Made by a program: the position numbers and the translations under genes
NCBI GenBank assembly: GCA_964291625.2
Contig: OZ220089.1
Coordinates: forward strand, 2,432,001-2,496,000
Reading direction: 5' to 3'
DNA length: 64,000 bases
DNA from: Candidatus Latescibacterota bacterium
GTDB lineage: Bacteria; Latescibacterota; UBA2968; UBA8231
The notes under the pieces: generated by a model
What the model saw: only the letters and a program-made list of their open reading frames with translations
What the model was told of the DNA's origin: nothing
Databases searched by the model: none
Shown: one piece after another, positions 1 through 9,282 of the stretch
Position numbering within the stretch: the stretch's first letter is position 1
Layout: each line of letters begins with the position of its first letter

Positions 1-732
1 GCCAGCGACGACAACGGCGAGACCTGGTACGACTACGCGGTCTCCGACGGGAGCTTCAATCCCTACTCCATCGGCGGGGCCCGCGAGCTGACCGCCGACG
101 GCGCCATCGTCGGCACCTTCACCGACTACCGGACGGCCGAGGGCCGCGACGTCTCCCAGGTCCACTTCTTCCGCATCCAGGGCGGCCTGTCGAGGGCCCG
201 CCTCGAGATCGAGATGGACGCCGACGGAGGCCGGTCCCTGCGCTTCCACGAGGTGCGGGGGAACCCGGCGACCGTGCGCTTCCGCGACCGGTCGGGGGAC
301 TGGGGGGACTGGCGAGCCTTCGCGGGGACCATGCAGCCGGACCCCGGAGGGCCCCCGTCCCACTTCCAGCTGCGCAGCCACCTCGGCGTCGACTCGCGGG
401 TCTTCCCGGTGGAGGAGGGCACCGCCGTGGGACAGGGCCCCGTCACCCCCGGCGCCTTCGGCCTCGCCCAGAACTACCCCAACCCCTTCAACGCCTGGAC
501 GACCATCGGCTTCAGCCTGCCGTCCCGCGCCGCTTGCCTGCTCTCCATCCTCGACCTGCAGGGCCGCCGGGTGCGGGACCTGCTCCCCCGGGAAGACCTG
601 CCCTCGGGCTTGCACCGGATCGCCTGGGACGGCACCGACGACACCGGCGGCGAGGTGGCCTCCGGCGTCTACCTCTACCGGCTGCGGGCCGGATCCGAGA
701 TCCGCACGCGGCGGCTGGTGCTGGCGAAGTGA
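1..732 (+). CDS. Secreted protein, 3' part (5'-truncated by window): Asp-box/BNR repeat plus FlgD-Ig/T9SS-type C-terminal domain
   Basis: Frame 1 is open from base 1: ASDDNGETWY (S-x-D-x-G-x-T-W Asp-box). The C-terminus LAQNYPNPFN...WDGTDDTGGEVASGVYLYRL...RRLVLAK is the typical FlgD/T9SS-like sorting domain. Confidence 0.85.
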   Translation, partial: ASDDNGETWYDYAVSDGSFNPYSIGGARELTADGAIVGTFTDYRTAEGRDVSQVHFFRIQGGLSRARLEIEMDADGGRSLRFHEVRGNPATVRFRDRSGDWGDWRAFAGTMQPDPGGPPSHFQLRSHLGVDSRVFPVEEGTAVGQGPVTPGAFGLAQNYPNPFNAWTTIGFSLPSRAACLLSILDLQGRRVRDLLPREDLPSGLHRIAWDGTDDTGGEVASGVYLYRLRAGSEIRTRRLVLAK

Positions 733-764
733 GCCCTGGCGCCGGGCAGCCGCGCCCGGCCGCC

Positions 765-793
765 TTGACAGATTCTCCCCTGCCGGGTAGGGT
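765..793 (+). promoter_or_regulatory. Putative sigma70 promoter
   Basis: TTGACA (765-770), 17-nt spacer, TAGGGT (788-793), upstream of a GGAGG RBS and ATG 812. Confidence 0.5.
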
Positions 794-811
794 CCCGCCG
801 GGAGGTATCCG

Positions 812-1957
812 ATGAGCAGAGCGAACGCCTGTTGGCGAACCATGCTGATGGCCGGCCTGGCGGCCGCGCCGGGGGTGCACGCCGGCGAAGAGGGGGAGCT
901 GCGCTTCAACCGCGTCGAGGGGATCTACCTGGGCGCCCGCAAGGACCTCGCCTACCCCGCCGCCACCGGTCGGGGGTCGGCCAGCTACGGCCACCTGGGC
1001 TATGCCTTCGGCGCCCGCCAGTGGCAGTACCAGGTGGGCATCGAGGAGTTCTTCCTCCGGGGCTCGCCCCGGAGTCGGGAGAGTCTCGGCGTCGAGCTGC
1101 ACGACCGGATCGAGTCCCAGGACACCTGGCTGCTGACCCCCGAGGAGAACTCGGTCTACGCCGCCCTCTTCCGGCGGGACTATTTCGACTACTACCAGCG
1201 CCGGGGATGGAGCGTCTACTCCCGCTACGACCATGACGGCCGGGTGCGGGTGACGGGCCGCTGGAGCCGGGACGAGCTCTCCTCCCTCGAGTCCCGGTCG
1301 AACTGGAGCCCCGTGGACTGGCACCTGGGGCGCTGGCACCCGCTGCGCACGCGGCTGGCGCGCGACACCTTCAACGACAACCCGGCCGCCGACGAAGGCC
1401 GGGCCTACAGCCTGCGCCTCGACGTCCAGGCGAAGGGCCCGGAGTTCCCGTGGTGGTCGGGCCGCAAGTGGCGGGTCGACGGCCTGGTCGAGCACGGCGG
1501 CGGCCGCCTCGGCGGCGACTTCGCCTTTCGCCGGTTCCTGCTGGACGCCAGGCGATACCTGCGCCACGGGGGCAACGACCTGGACCTGCGTCTGCGCCTG
1601 GGGCGGGGCTCCGGCGAGCTTCCCCGCCAGTATCTCTACCACCTCGGGGGGTTCGCCACCCTGCGCGGCTACCCGCACAAGGCGTTCTCCGGCGACCGGA
1701 TGGTGCTGCTGAACGTCGAGTACTGGCACGGTGACGCCGGCGTCCTGCTCGACACCGGCGCCGCCTGGTACTCCCCCGAAGGCGCCCGGCGTGCCCTCGA
1801 ACGGGAAGACCCGGGGCCGGAGGAGGAGGCGCGGTTCCGGAGGAGCCTGGGCTTCGCCGTTCGGCTCGACGAGGACTTCCGCGTCGGCATGGCCCGCCCC
1901 CTGGACGGACCGCAGCGCGGCTGGCGCTACTTCGCCCGCTTCAGCCGGGCCTTCTGA
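812..1957 (+). CDS. Outer-membrane beta-barrel protein, BamA/TamA (Omp85)-like
   Basis: Signal peptide, RFNRVEG start, LGGFATLRGY motif, C-terminal Phe (FSRAF). Confidence 0.75.
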   Translation: MSRANACWRTMLMAGLAAAPGVHAGEEGELRFNRVEGIYLGARKDLAYPAATGRGSASYGHLGYAFGARQWQYQVGIEEFFLRGSPRSRESLGVELHDRIESQDTWLLTPEENSVYAALFRRDYFDYYQRRGWSVYSRYDHDGRVRVTGRWSRDELSSLESRSNWSPVDWHLGRWHPLRTRLARDTFNDNPAADEGRAYSLRLDVQAKGPEFPWWSGRKWRVDGLVEHGGGRLGGDFAFRRFLLDARRYLRHGGNDLDLRLRLGRGSGELPRQYLYHLGGFATLRGYPHKAFSGDRMVLLNVEYWHGDAGVLLDTGAAWYSPEGARRALEREDPGPEEEARFRRSLGFAVRLDEDFRVGMARPLDGPQRGWRYFARFSRAF

Positions 1958-1958
1958 G

Positions 1959-3113
1959 GTGGCCTACCACACCATCTGGTCCTACCTGTGGGACCTGGTC
2001 GACGACGGCATCGAGGACTCCGTCCGCTACCTCGGAGAGGAGCTCGGCCTCGACGCCATCAGCGTCGCCACCGCGTATCACACCTTTCAGCAGTTGCGCC
2101 CCCAGCGCCCCGGCGCCAAGCTGCTCACGGCCAACACCGCGGCCGTGTACTTCCAGCCCGACCCCGCCCTCTACCACGACACCGTGCTGCGGCCCCAGGT
2201 TGCGCCCCTGGCCCGCCGCGCCAATCCCCTGGCCCGCCTGGCCGGGGCCTGCCAGCGCCAAGGGCTCGACCTGATCTCGTGGACCGTGGGCCTGCACAAC
2301 ACCCACTTGGCCGTGAACTACCCCCGCTGCGCCGAGCGCAACGCCTACGGCGACAACCTCGGCTGGTCCCTGTGCCCGGGAGAGCCGGACGTGCGCGCCT
2401 ACCTGATCGCCCTGTGCCAGGACCTGGTCCTCAACTACCGGGTCCGGCGCCTGGAGCTGGAGTCCTGCGCCTTTGGCGGGTACGGCCACGCCCACTACCA
2501 CGTCAAGGACGGGGTGAACCTGGGCCCGGCGGGGCGCTACCTGTTCGGTCTGAGCTTCTCCCCCGGCTGCCTGGACCGAGCGCGCGAGCGGGGGATCGAC
2601 GGCGAGGGCCTGCAGCGGTGGGTGCGCGGCCGGCTCGACCAGGTCTTCGCCGGCGGCCCTCCCCTGGAAGGCAGCCTCGAGGAGCTCGTCGTCGCCCATG
2701 CCGAGCTGCAGGCCTACCAGACCCTGCGCGAGGACCTGGTCGTCTCGCTGGTGGAGGAGATCCGCCAGGCCACCGGCGTCGAGGTCTCCTTCCTGCTCAT
2801 GGGCGACCGCTGGGGCGCGGGCATCGACGCGGCGCGCATGGCCGCCACCGCGGACCTGGTGGAGATCCTGGCCTACGTCGATGCCCCGGAGAAGATCACC
2901 CAGCGGCTGGCGGCCATGAGAGAGACCGTGGCCGATCTGCGGCGCCTGGTGGTGGGCCTGCAGGCCTACTATCCCTGCGCGGTCGACGCCGACGGGCTGC
3001 TGGCCCAGGTGGAGGCGGCCCGGCGCGAAGGTGTGGAGCAGTTCTCCTACTACAACTACGGCATCATGCCCCGCCCCAACCTGGGGTGGCTGAGACGCTG
3101 CATCCTCGCCTGA
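1959..3113 (+). CDS. TIM-barrel glycoside-hydrolase-like hypothetical protein
   Basis: GTG 1 nt after the upstream stop; host-like codon usage; motifs YLWDL, GLHN, LCP, YYNYG. Confidence 0.65.
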   Translation: MAYHTIWSYLWDLVDDGIEDSVRYLGEELGLDAISVATAYHTFQQLRPQRPGAKLLTANTAAVYFQPDPALYHDTVLRPQVAPLARRANPLARLAGACQRQGLDLISWTVGLHNTHLAVNYPRCAERNAYGDNLGWSLCPGEPDVRAYLIALCQDLVLNYRVRRLELESCAFGGYGHAHYHVKDGVNLGPAGRYLFGLSFSPGCLDRARERGIDGEGLQRWVRGRLDQVFAGGPPLEGSLEELVVAHAELQAYQTLREDLVVSLVEEIRQATGVEVSFLLMGDRWGAGIDAARMAATADLVEILAYVDAPEKITQRLAAMRETVADLRRLVVGLQAYYPCAVDADGLLAQVEAARREGVEQFSYYNYGIMPRPNLGWLRRCILA

Positions 3114-3191
3114 CGCTCCAGGCGAAGCACCCCCGGCAGGCGCCCCTCGACGTGCATCCCTAAATTGACACCGATGCGCAACGAATCGGCG

Positions 3192-3503
3192 ATGACCGAG
3201 AGGCTTCTCGGATGCCGGCGGTACGGCTTGAGCGGCGGCATCGTGGCTCTCGCCGCCCTCGTGCTCGCCCTGTCCCTCTCCCTGCCTCTGCTGCACCACC
3301 TGCACCACGGCGGGCAGCTCGAGATCGAGGAGTGCCCGGTATCGGCTCTCTCCACGGTCCTGTCCCTCGCCGTCCTTGCCGTCTTCGGCCTGCTGCCGCT
3401 GGCGGCGCCGCCCCGCGATACCCCTCTCTGCCATCCCGAGGTCGTCGCGCCCTGCGCCATCCACCTGGCCACGCAGGGCCCCCGCGCACCTCCCCGCTCC
3501 TGA
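3192..3503 (+). CDS. DUF2946/CruR-like small membrane leader peptide ending in a RAPP motif
   Basis: Hydrophobic segment, then HHLHH, ECPVS, a second hydrophobic stretch and C-terminal QGPRAPPRS*. Lies upstream of a TonB receptor. Start uncertain (3165, 3192 or 3228). Confidence 0.75.
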   Translation: MTERLLGCRRYGLSGGIVALAALVLALSLSLPLLHHLHHGGQLEIEECPVSALSTVLSLAVLAVFGLLPLAAPPRDTPLCHPEVVAPCAIHLATQGPRAPPRS

Positions 3504-3560
3504 GCATCCGCACCTGATCGACTGAAGTCGCCTCGGCGGTCCACCGCCGGGTGCGGATGC
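3504..3560 (+). promoter_or_regulatory. Multi-stem RNA structure directly after the leader ORF stop (attenuator/terminator-like)
   Basis: Perfect 11-bp stem GCATCCGCACC (3504-3514)/GGTGCGGATGC (3550-3560) enclosing two small hairpins, CGAC-tgaa-GTCG and GGCGG-tcca-CCGCC. Confidence 0.55.
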
Positions 3561-3641
3561 GTTCTCCTGCCGTACCTCCGGGATCAGACCGGCAAGGGGC
3601 CGGCTGTCCCCTTCCCTCAACTCAGACGGAGAACCCAGGAA

Positions 3642-4199
3642 ATGCTCAGGAAATTCACCACCTTCAGCACCGCTCTCCTCTTCCTCATCCTGACGGGATG
3701 CGGCGACGACGACAACCCCGTCGATCCCGACCACGGTGAGGAAGATCACGCCGAAGCCGTCGGTCTGATCATCCGCAGCAGCGGCGAGGAGCTCGTCCGC
3801 TACGAGAACGGCGAGGTCGACGGCGTCATCGAGGTCGGACACGACCGGGAGACGCCCCTGCTCACGGTGCGCTTCATCGCCGAGGACGGCGACCTCTTCG
3901 TCCCTGACGCGGACGACGACTTCTCCCTGGGCTGGGAGATCGGCGACGAGGAGATCGCCGAGGTGGAGCAGCACGAGATGGACGGCCCCTGGGCCTTCCA
4001 CATCGTCGGCCTCGGAGAGGGTGAGACCACCCTCGTCCTCAAGCTCAACCACGCCGGACACGCCGACTTCGTCTCCAAGGAGATCGAGATCCACGTCGAG
4101 GAGGGCGGTCCGGGAGAGGACCCCGACCAGGACCACGACCACGACGACGAGGACGAGGATGAGGAAGGCCACGACGACGAAGGCGACGACGACGGCTAG
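3642..4199 (+). CDS. His/Asp/Glu-rich lipoprotein, putative metal-binding
   Basis: Lipobox LTGC, DHGEEDHAEAVG motif, H.GH.DF motif, acidic His tail DQDHDHDDEDEDEEGHDD. Confidence 0.8.
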   Translation: MLRKFTTFSTALLFLILTGCGDDDNPVDPDHGEEDHAEAVGLIIRSSGEELVRYENGEVDGVIEVGHDRETPLLTVRFIAEDGDLFVPDADDDFSLGWEIGDEEIAEVEQHEMDGPWAFHIVGLGEGETTLVLKLNHAGHADFVSKEIEIHVEEGGPGEDPDQDHDHDDEDEDEEGHDDEGDDDG

Positions 4200-4202
4200 A
4201 CC

Positions 4203-6407
4203 TTGCGTCTCGTCCCTCTCTCCCTTCTCCTCCTGGGTCTGGCCGCGGTCCCCGCCCGCGGCCGGACCGGCGCCCTGGCCGGCCACGTGGTCGACAACGA
4301 GAGCGGCCAGGCCGTGGGCTGGACCACCGTGGTCCTCGAGGGCCTCGACCGGGCGCGGACCAGCGACGCCGGGGGGTACTTCTTCTTCGCCAACGTACCC
4401 CCCGGCGTCCATGTCCTGCGCAGCCTGCGCATGGGCTACCACGAGGCCCGCTTCGAGGTCGAGGTAACCGCCGGGGACACGACCCACGTCGATCTGCAGA
4501 TCGGCCACGAGACGATCGCCGTGAGGGCCGTGGTCGTCGAGGGCGAACGGGTCCACCTCTCCCCGCTCCAGGAACCGGAGGTGGTCTTCAGCAGCAGCAA
4601 GCTGCGCCAGAACCTGAGCCGCACCATCGCCGAGACGATCGACTACGAGCCGGGCATCGCCCAGCGCTCCATGGGGCCGGCGCCGTCGCGGCCGGTGCTG
4701 CGCGGCCTGGGAGGCGACCGCCTGCTGGTGCTCGAGGACGGGGAGCGCACCGGCGATCTCTCGGCCACCTCCTCGGACCACGCCGTGGCCATCGAGCCGA
4801 TGACCACCGAGCGCATCGAGGTCGTGCGCGGGCCCCGGACCCTGCTCCACGGCTCCAACGCCTTGGCCGGGGTGGTCAACGTGGTCCGGGGATACGTGCC
4901 CTCCGAGCTGCCCGAGGGCCTGAGGGGCTCCTTCACCTGGCAGGGGGAGAGCGTCAACCGGGGCCTGGCCGGCGGCCTGGCCCTGGAGCATGCTCTCGGG
5001 CCGGTGGCGGTGCGGGCCGACGGCAGTCTGCGCGACGCCGACGCCATCGGCACCCCGCGCGGGGAGCTGCCCAACACCGAGATCCGCACGGGCAACACCT
5101 CCGTCGGCGTCGGGCTGGTGCGGCCCTGGGGGCACGCGGGCGTCTCCGGCAGCCTCTACGACTCCGACTACGGCATCCCCCCCGACCCCGAGGGCGGCCA
5201 CCCCCACGGCGTCTCCGTCGAGCTGTTGCGCCAGCATCTCGAGGGGCGGGGCGAGATCCTCACCGGCCCGGCTTGGCTCCAGCGCCTGGAGCTGCACCAC
5301 TCCTTCTCGCGCTACCAGCACGGCGAGTTCGAGGCGGACGGCTCCCTCGGCATGGAGTTCGGCGTCCTCTCCCATCACCTCGGCGCCCTGGCCCACCTCG
5401 AGCCCCTGGGGCCCGTGGCCGACGGCGCCGCCGGCGTGTGGTACGAGTACCGGAACTACGCCGCCGCCGGGCTCAACTTCACCCCCGCCGCCGATGAGTA
5501 CGCCGGGGCCCTCTACACCTACCAGGAGACGGAGGCCGGGCCGTGGTCCGCCAGCGCCGCCCTGCGCTTCGACGCCCGCCGCGTCGAGCCCCGTGAGGAG
5601 CGGGAATCCCGGACGGTGGGCCGCATCCGCAGCCGCGACTTTGGCGGCTTCTCCGCCGGCCTGTCCGGCCACTACCGGGCCACCTCGAGCCTGACCCTGG
5701 GCTCGACCCTGATGCGCACCTTCCGGGCCCCCGGCATCGAGGAGCTGTTTTCCGAGGGGCCCCACCTGGCCGCCTATTCCTACGAGGTCGGCAACGGGAA
5801 CCTGGACAGCGAGCGCGGCCGGGGGCTGGAGGTCTTCGCCGAGTACCGGCGCCAGGACGGCCAGATCCACCTGGCCTTCTTCCGCAACGCCATCGACGGC
5901 TACATCTTCCCCAAGAACACGGGCGAGCGCAGCCTGCGCCGGGCCGATCTCTTCCTCTACAGGATGGTGGGGGAGCCGGTCCTCATGCACGGTGCCGAGG
6001 TCGCCTTCGACTGGTTCCTCGCCCGTCACTGGAAGGGGGCCGGAACCCTCAGCTACGTGCAAGGCCACCTCACCGACCTCGACGACGAGCCCCTGCCGCG
6101 CCTCCCCCCCCTGCAGGGGCGGGTCACCCTCAGCTGGGAGCCGTCCGAGGCCCTGAAGGCGGCGGCCGCCCTGCGCCTGGCCGCCGACCAGGACCGCCCC
6201 GGGGAGTTCGAGGAACCCACCGAGGGCTACGCGGTCCTCGACCTCTCGGGCGAGCACCACGTGCACTGGGGAGGGCGCCTGCACACCCTCTCCCTGACCC
6301 TGGAGAACGCCACCGACGCGGTCTACCGCAACCACCTCAACCGCGTCAAGGAGATCCTGCCCGAGCCGGGCCGCAACCTCCGTCTGCTCTACAAGATGTT
6401 CTTCTGA
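4203..6407 (+). CDS. TonB-dependent receptor (ZnuD-like metal uptake)
   Basis: N-terminal carboxypeptidase-regulatory-like domain, plug motifs SRPVLRG, SSDHAVAIEP and RIEVVRGP, GPHLA loop, PGRNLRLLYKMFF end. Confidence 0.92.
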   Translation: MRLVPLSLLLLGLAAVPARGRTGALAGHVVDNESGQAVGWTTVVLEGLDRARTSDAGGYFFFANVPPGVHVLRSLRMGYHEARFEVEVTAGDTTHVDLQIGHETIAVRAVVVEGERVHLSPLQEPEVVFSSSKLRQNLSRTIAETIDYEPGIAQRSMGPAPSRPVLRGLGGDRLLVLEDGERTGDLSATSSDHAVAIEPMTTERIEVVRGPRTLLHGSNALAGVVNVVRGYVPSELPEGLRGSFTWQGESVNRGLAGGLALEHALGPVAVRADGSLRDADAIGTPRGELPNTEIRTGNTSVGVGLVRPWGHAGVSGSLYDSDYGIPPDPEGGHPHGVSVELLRQHLEGRGEILTGPAWLQRLELHHSFSRYQHGEFEADGSLGMEFGVLSHHLGALAHLEPLGPVADGAAGVWYEYRNYAAAGLNFTPAADEYAGALYTYQETEAGPWSASAALRFDARRVEPREERESRTVGRIRSRDFGGFSAGLSGHYRATSSLTLGSTLMRTFRAPGIEELFSEGPHLAAYSYEVGNGNLDSERGRGLEVFAEYRRQDGQIHLAFFRNAIDGYIFPKNTGERSLRRADLFLYRMVGEPVLMHGAEVAFDWFLARHWKGAGTLSYVQGHLTDLDDEPLPRLPPLQGRVTLSWEPSEALKAAAALRLAADQDRPGEFEEPTEGYAVLDLSGEHHVHWGGRLHTLSLTLENATDAVYRNHLNRVKEILPEPGRNLRLLYKMFF

Positions 6408-6496
6408 AGCATCGGCGATCTCCCTCGCCCGAAACGGGCCCGCCGGCCTACATTTGCCGTCGAGGTTCGGCCCCCAAACGTCACCCGGAGGATCCC

Positions 6497-7504
6497 ATGC
6501 CCGCCCTCAGCCGCGAGCAGGTCGAGCACTTCGAAGAGCAGGGCTACGTCGTCGTCGACAACGTCATCGACCCGGAGAAGACCCTCGATCCCGTGATCGA
6601 GGAGTACGCCGAGGTCCTCGACCGGCTCGCCGGCGAGCTCCACGAGCGCGGCGAGATCCCCTCGCGCTACGAGGACCTCGAGTTCGGCGACCGCTACATC
6701 CGGATCTGCATCGAGACCGGGGCCGTCCACAGCCAGTACTTCGACTTCTCCCTGCCCTTCCAGAACGTCAGGCCCGACACCCCCTTCTGGGCCGGCCCCG
6801 CCGTCTTCCGGGCCCTCACCGACGAGGACCTGCTCGACGCGGTGGAGTCCCTCATCGGCCCCGAGATCTACTCCAATCCCGTGCAGCACGTACGCATCAA
6901 GCCGCCCGAGCGCCACCTGCCCACCAATGCCCACGGCAACGCCATCCTCGGGGCCACCCACTGGCACCAGGACCACGGCGTGGTCACCGAGGAAGCCGAC
7001 GAGACCCGCATGCTCACGGTCTGGTTCTCGCTCGAGGACACGCCCATGGAGAAGGGGCCCCTCCACCTCGTGCCGGGCTCGCACCGCACCGGCCTGCTGC
7101 CCCACTGCCCCAACTACATGGGCAACGGCCCCAAGTCCGCCGGCAGCACCCAGATCCCCGAGAAGCTCTTCGACGCCGAGCACTCGCGGGCCCTCCCGGT
7201 GGCTCCGGGCGCGGTCATCTTCATGCACAAGCAGACCGTCCACGGCTCGCTCTCCAACGTCAGCGACGAGGTCCGCTTCAGCTTCGACCTGCGCTACAAC
7301 CCCACCCACGAGCCCACCGGCCGCACCGCCTTCCCCGGCTTCGTGGCCCGCAGCCGCGCCAACCCTTCGACCGAGCTCCGCGATCCCGAAGCCTGGCACA
7401 GCTCCTGGCTCGAGGCGCGCGCCAACATGTCGATGATCAACCAGGGCGGCAAGATCGACATCCCCTTCCGCCGCCCCAAGACCGAGCACCCCCTCTGCGC
7501 CTGA
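6497..7504 (+). CDS. Phytanoyl-CoA dioxygenase (PhyH) family Fe/2OG oxygenase
   Basis: F.EQGYVV, WHQD, LVPGSH, VHGS.SN...RFSFDLRY. Confidence 0.9.
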   Translation: MPALSREQVEHFEEQGYVVVDNVIDPEKTLDPVIEEYAEVLDRLAGELHERGEIPSRYEDLEFGDRYIRICIETGAVHSQYFDFSLPFQNVRPDTPFWAGPAVFRALTDEDLLDAVESLIGPEIYSNPVQHVRIKPPERHLPTNAHGNAILGATHWHQDHGVVTEEADETRMLTVWFSLEDTPMEKGPLHLVPGSHRTGLLPHCPNYMGNGPKSAGSTQIPEKLFDAEHSRALPVAPGAVIFMHKQTVHGSLSNVSDEVRFSFDLRYNPTHEPTGRTAFPGFVARSRANPSTELRDPEAWHSSWLEARANMSMINQGGKIDIPFRRPKTEHPLCA

Positions 7505-8838
7505 TGGAGGATCTGGGCGGTCTCCACGCCGACCCCGGCGCGCTGCTGCAGCACCTCCTTCGCTTCGACACGACGAATCCCCCGGGGCGCGAGCGCCCCT
7601 GCATCGAGTGGGCGGCCGGCCTGCTCGACGCCTACGGCATCGACTCCCGTCTCTTCGCCCTCGACCCCGAACGCCCGAACTTGGTGGCCCGCGTCCGCGG
7701 CGGCTCCGAGCCGCCGCTGCTGCTCTACGGACATGTGGACGTCGTCACCACCGCCGGTCAGCCCTGGAGCCGCGATCCCTTCGGCGGCGAACGCTCCGGC
7801 GGCGTGATCTGGGGCCGGGGCTCCCTCGACATGAAGGGAGGCGACGCGATGATGATCGCCGCCTTCCTGCGCGCCGCCCACGATGGGGACGAGCTGCCGG
7901 GAGACGTCATCCTCTGCCTGCTCTCCGACGAGGAGGCCGGGGCCGAGCACGGCGCCCGCTTCATGGTCGAGCAGCATCCGGAGCAGTTCGCGGGGGTGCG
8001 CTTCGCCCTCGGGGAGTTCGGCGGCTACCGGGAACGGGTCCTGGGCAGGTCCTTCTATCCGATCCAGGTCTCGGAGAAGACGGTGGTCCGCCTCACCGGC
8101 CGCCTGCGCGGTCCCGGCGGTCACGGGGCCATGGTCCACCGCGGCGGCATCATGGCCCGGCTGGGCCGGGTGCTCACGGCCCTGGACCGCAACCGGCTCC
8201 CGGTGAACGTGACCCCTGCGGCGTCGGCGATGATCGAGGCCGTGGCCGCCGGCCTGCCGGAGCCGGAAGCGGCGACCGTCCTCGGCCTGCTCGACCCCGC
8301 CCGCACGGATGCCACCCTCGACGGCATGGGGCCCGAGGGCGACGCCTTCGACTGCATCCTCCACGACACGGTCAACGTGACCGTGATCGACGCCGGGGAG
8401 AAGTTCAACGTCGTCCCCAGCACCGTGGAGCTGGGCTTCGACGCCCGCATCCTTCCCGCCTCCAGCCCGGAGAAGCTCCTCTCCGACCTGAAGGCGCTGG
8501 TGGGCGACGACGTCGAGTTCGACCCGCCCCAGGCATTGGGCGAGCCCATGGGGGAGCCCGACCTGGGGCTGCTGCCCCTCCTGGAGCGGGTGCTGAAGGA
8601 CCGGGACCCCGAGGCGCGGCCCATGCCCATGCTCATGGTGGGCGCCACCGACGGGCGCGAGTTCCGCCGCCTCGGGATCCAGACCTACGGGTTCCTCCCC
8701 CTCGACCTGCCCGTGGAGATCGAGGTCTTCCGGCTGATTCACGCCGCCGACGAGAGGGTCCCGGCCCGCTGCCTCGAGTTCGGCACCCGGTGCATCCACG
8801 AGGTCCTCCGGCGCTTCGACGAGGTGGACGGCCCATGA
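7504..8838 (+). CDS. M20/M25/M40 family metallopeptidase
   Basis: TGATG overlap with phyH; DTTNPPG, GHVDVV, GRGSLDMKG, DEE, GATD, IHAADER. Confidence 0.92.
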   Translation: MEDLGGLHADPGALLQHLLRFDTTNPPGRERPCIEWAAGLLDAYGIDSRLFALDPERPNLVARVRGGSEPPLLLYGHVDVVTTAGQPWSRDPFGGERSGGVIWGRGSLDMKGGDAMMIAAFLRAAHDGDELPGDVILCLLSDEEAGAEHGARFMVEQHPEQFAGVRFALGEFGGYRERVLGRSFYPIQVSEKTVVRLTGRLRGPGGHGAMVHRGGIMARLGRVLTALDRNRLPVNVTPAASAMIEAVAAGLPEPEAATVLGLLDPARTDATLDGMGPEGDAFDCILHDTVNVTVIDAGEKFNVVPSTVELGFDARILPASSPEKLLSDLKALVGDDVEFDPPQALGEPMGEPDLGLLPLLERVLKDRDPEARPMPMLMVGATDGREFRRLGIQTYGFLPLDLPVEIEVFRLIHAADERVPARCLEFGTRCIHEVLRRFDEVDGP

Positions 8839-8913
8839 GCCGCGCGCCGGGGGCCGAGGGTCCCGACACCTCGGTGCGGCCGAGGCCTGACGACGGATCC
8901 TGCTGAGCGCGGC

Positions 8914-9270
8914 TTGTCAGCGCGGCGAGTGCTTCTGGCGATCCTGTTGCTGGCAGGAGCCGGCTATCTCGGCCTCCGCGGCATGCGCTCCCCGGAGGAA
9001 GGGGCCTCGCCACCCGCTCCGGCCCCGGCCCGAAGCCACTACGCCCTCTACTGCGCCGACTGCCACGGCTCCGACATGGACGGCGGCATGGCCAGCAGCC
9101 TGGTGGACGGCCGCTGGGCCTTCGGGGACAGCACCGCCGCCATCTTCCGGGCCGTTGCCGACGGCCTCGAAGCCGACGGCATGCCCGCCTTCGGCGCGGT
9201 CCTGACGCCGGCCGATATCGACGCCCTCGTCGCCCTGATGCGGGCGGCCGAGGCTGAACCCGCTCCATAG
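8914..9270 (+). CDS. Membrane-anchored monoheme cytochrome c
   Basis: N-terminal TM helix, CADCH heme motif, GMPAFG distal Met. Confidence 0.85.
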   Translation: MSARRVLLAILLLAGAGYLGLRGMRSPEEGASPPAPAPARSHYALYCADCHGSDMDGGMASSLVDGRWAFGDSTAAIFRAVADGLEADGMPAFGAVLTPADIDALVALMRAAEAEPAP

Positions 9271-9282
9271 AGAGGATCCTTC

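Noticed and set aside
3165-3195. Zur/Fur box upstream of the metal-uptake leader
   Set aside because: A TTGACA is present, but no convincing AT-rich palindrome or -10 element could be identified by eye.
4120-4199. GACCAC/GACGAG short tandem repeats
   Set aside because: Coding low complexity for the Asp/His/Glu tail, not a CRISPR or an independent repeat.
1941-6335. 1464-aa minus-strand ORF (also 46519-49416, 32011-34359, 25892-27718, 53051-55102 and similar)
   Set aside because: Antisense shadow ORFs of clear genes on the opposite strand. They are expected at high GC3 and carry no recognisable motifs.
6454-8838. Apparent long N-terminal extensions or fusions (also 21968-24265, 25202-27943, 53024-56053, 56154-58274)
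   Set aside because: The extensions are Arg/Pro-rich off-frame translations of the upstream gene. The real starts overlap the upstream stop codons.
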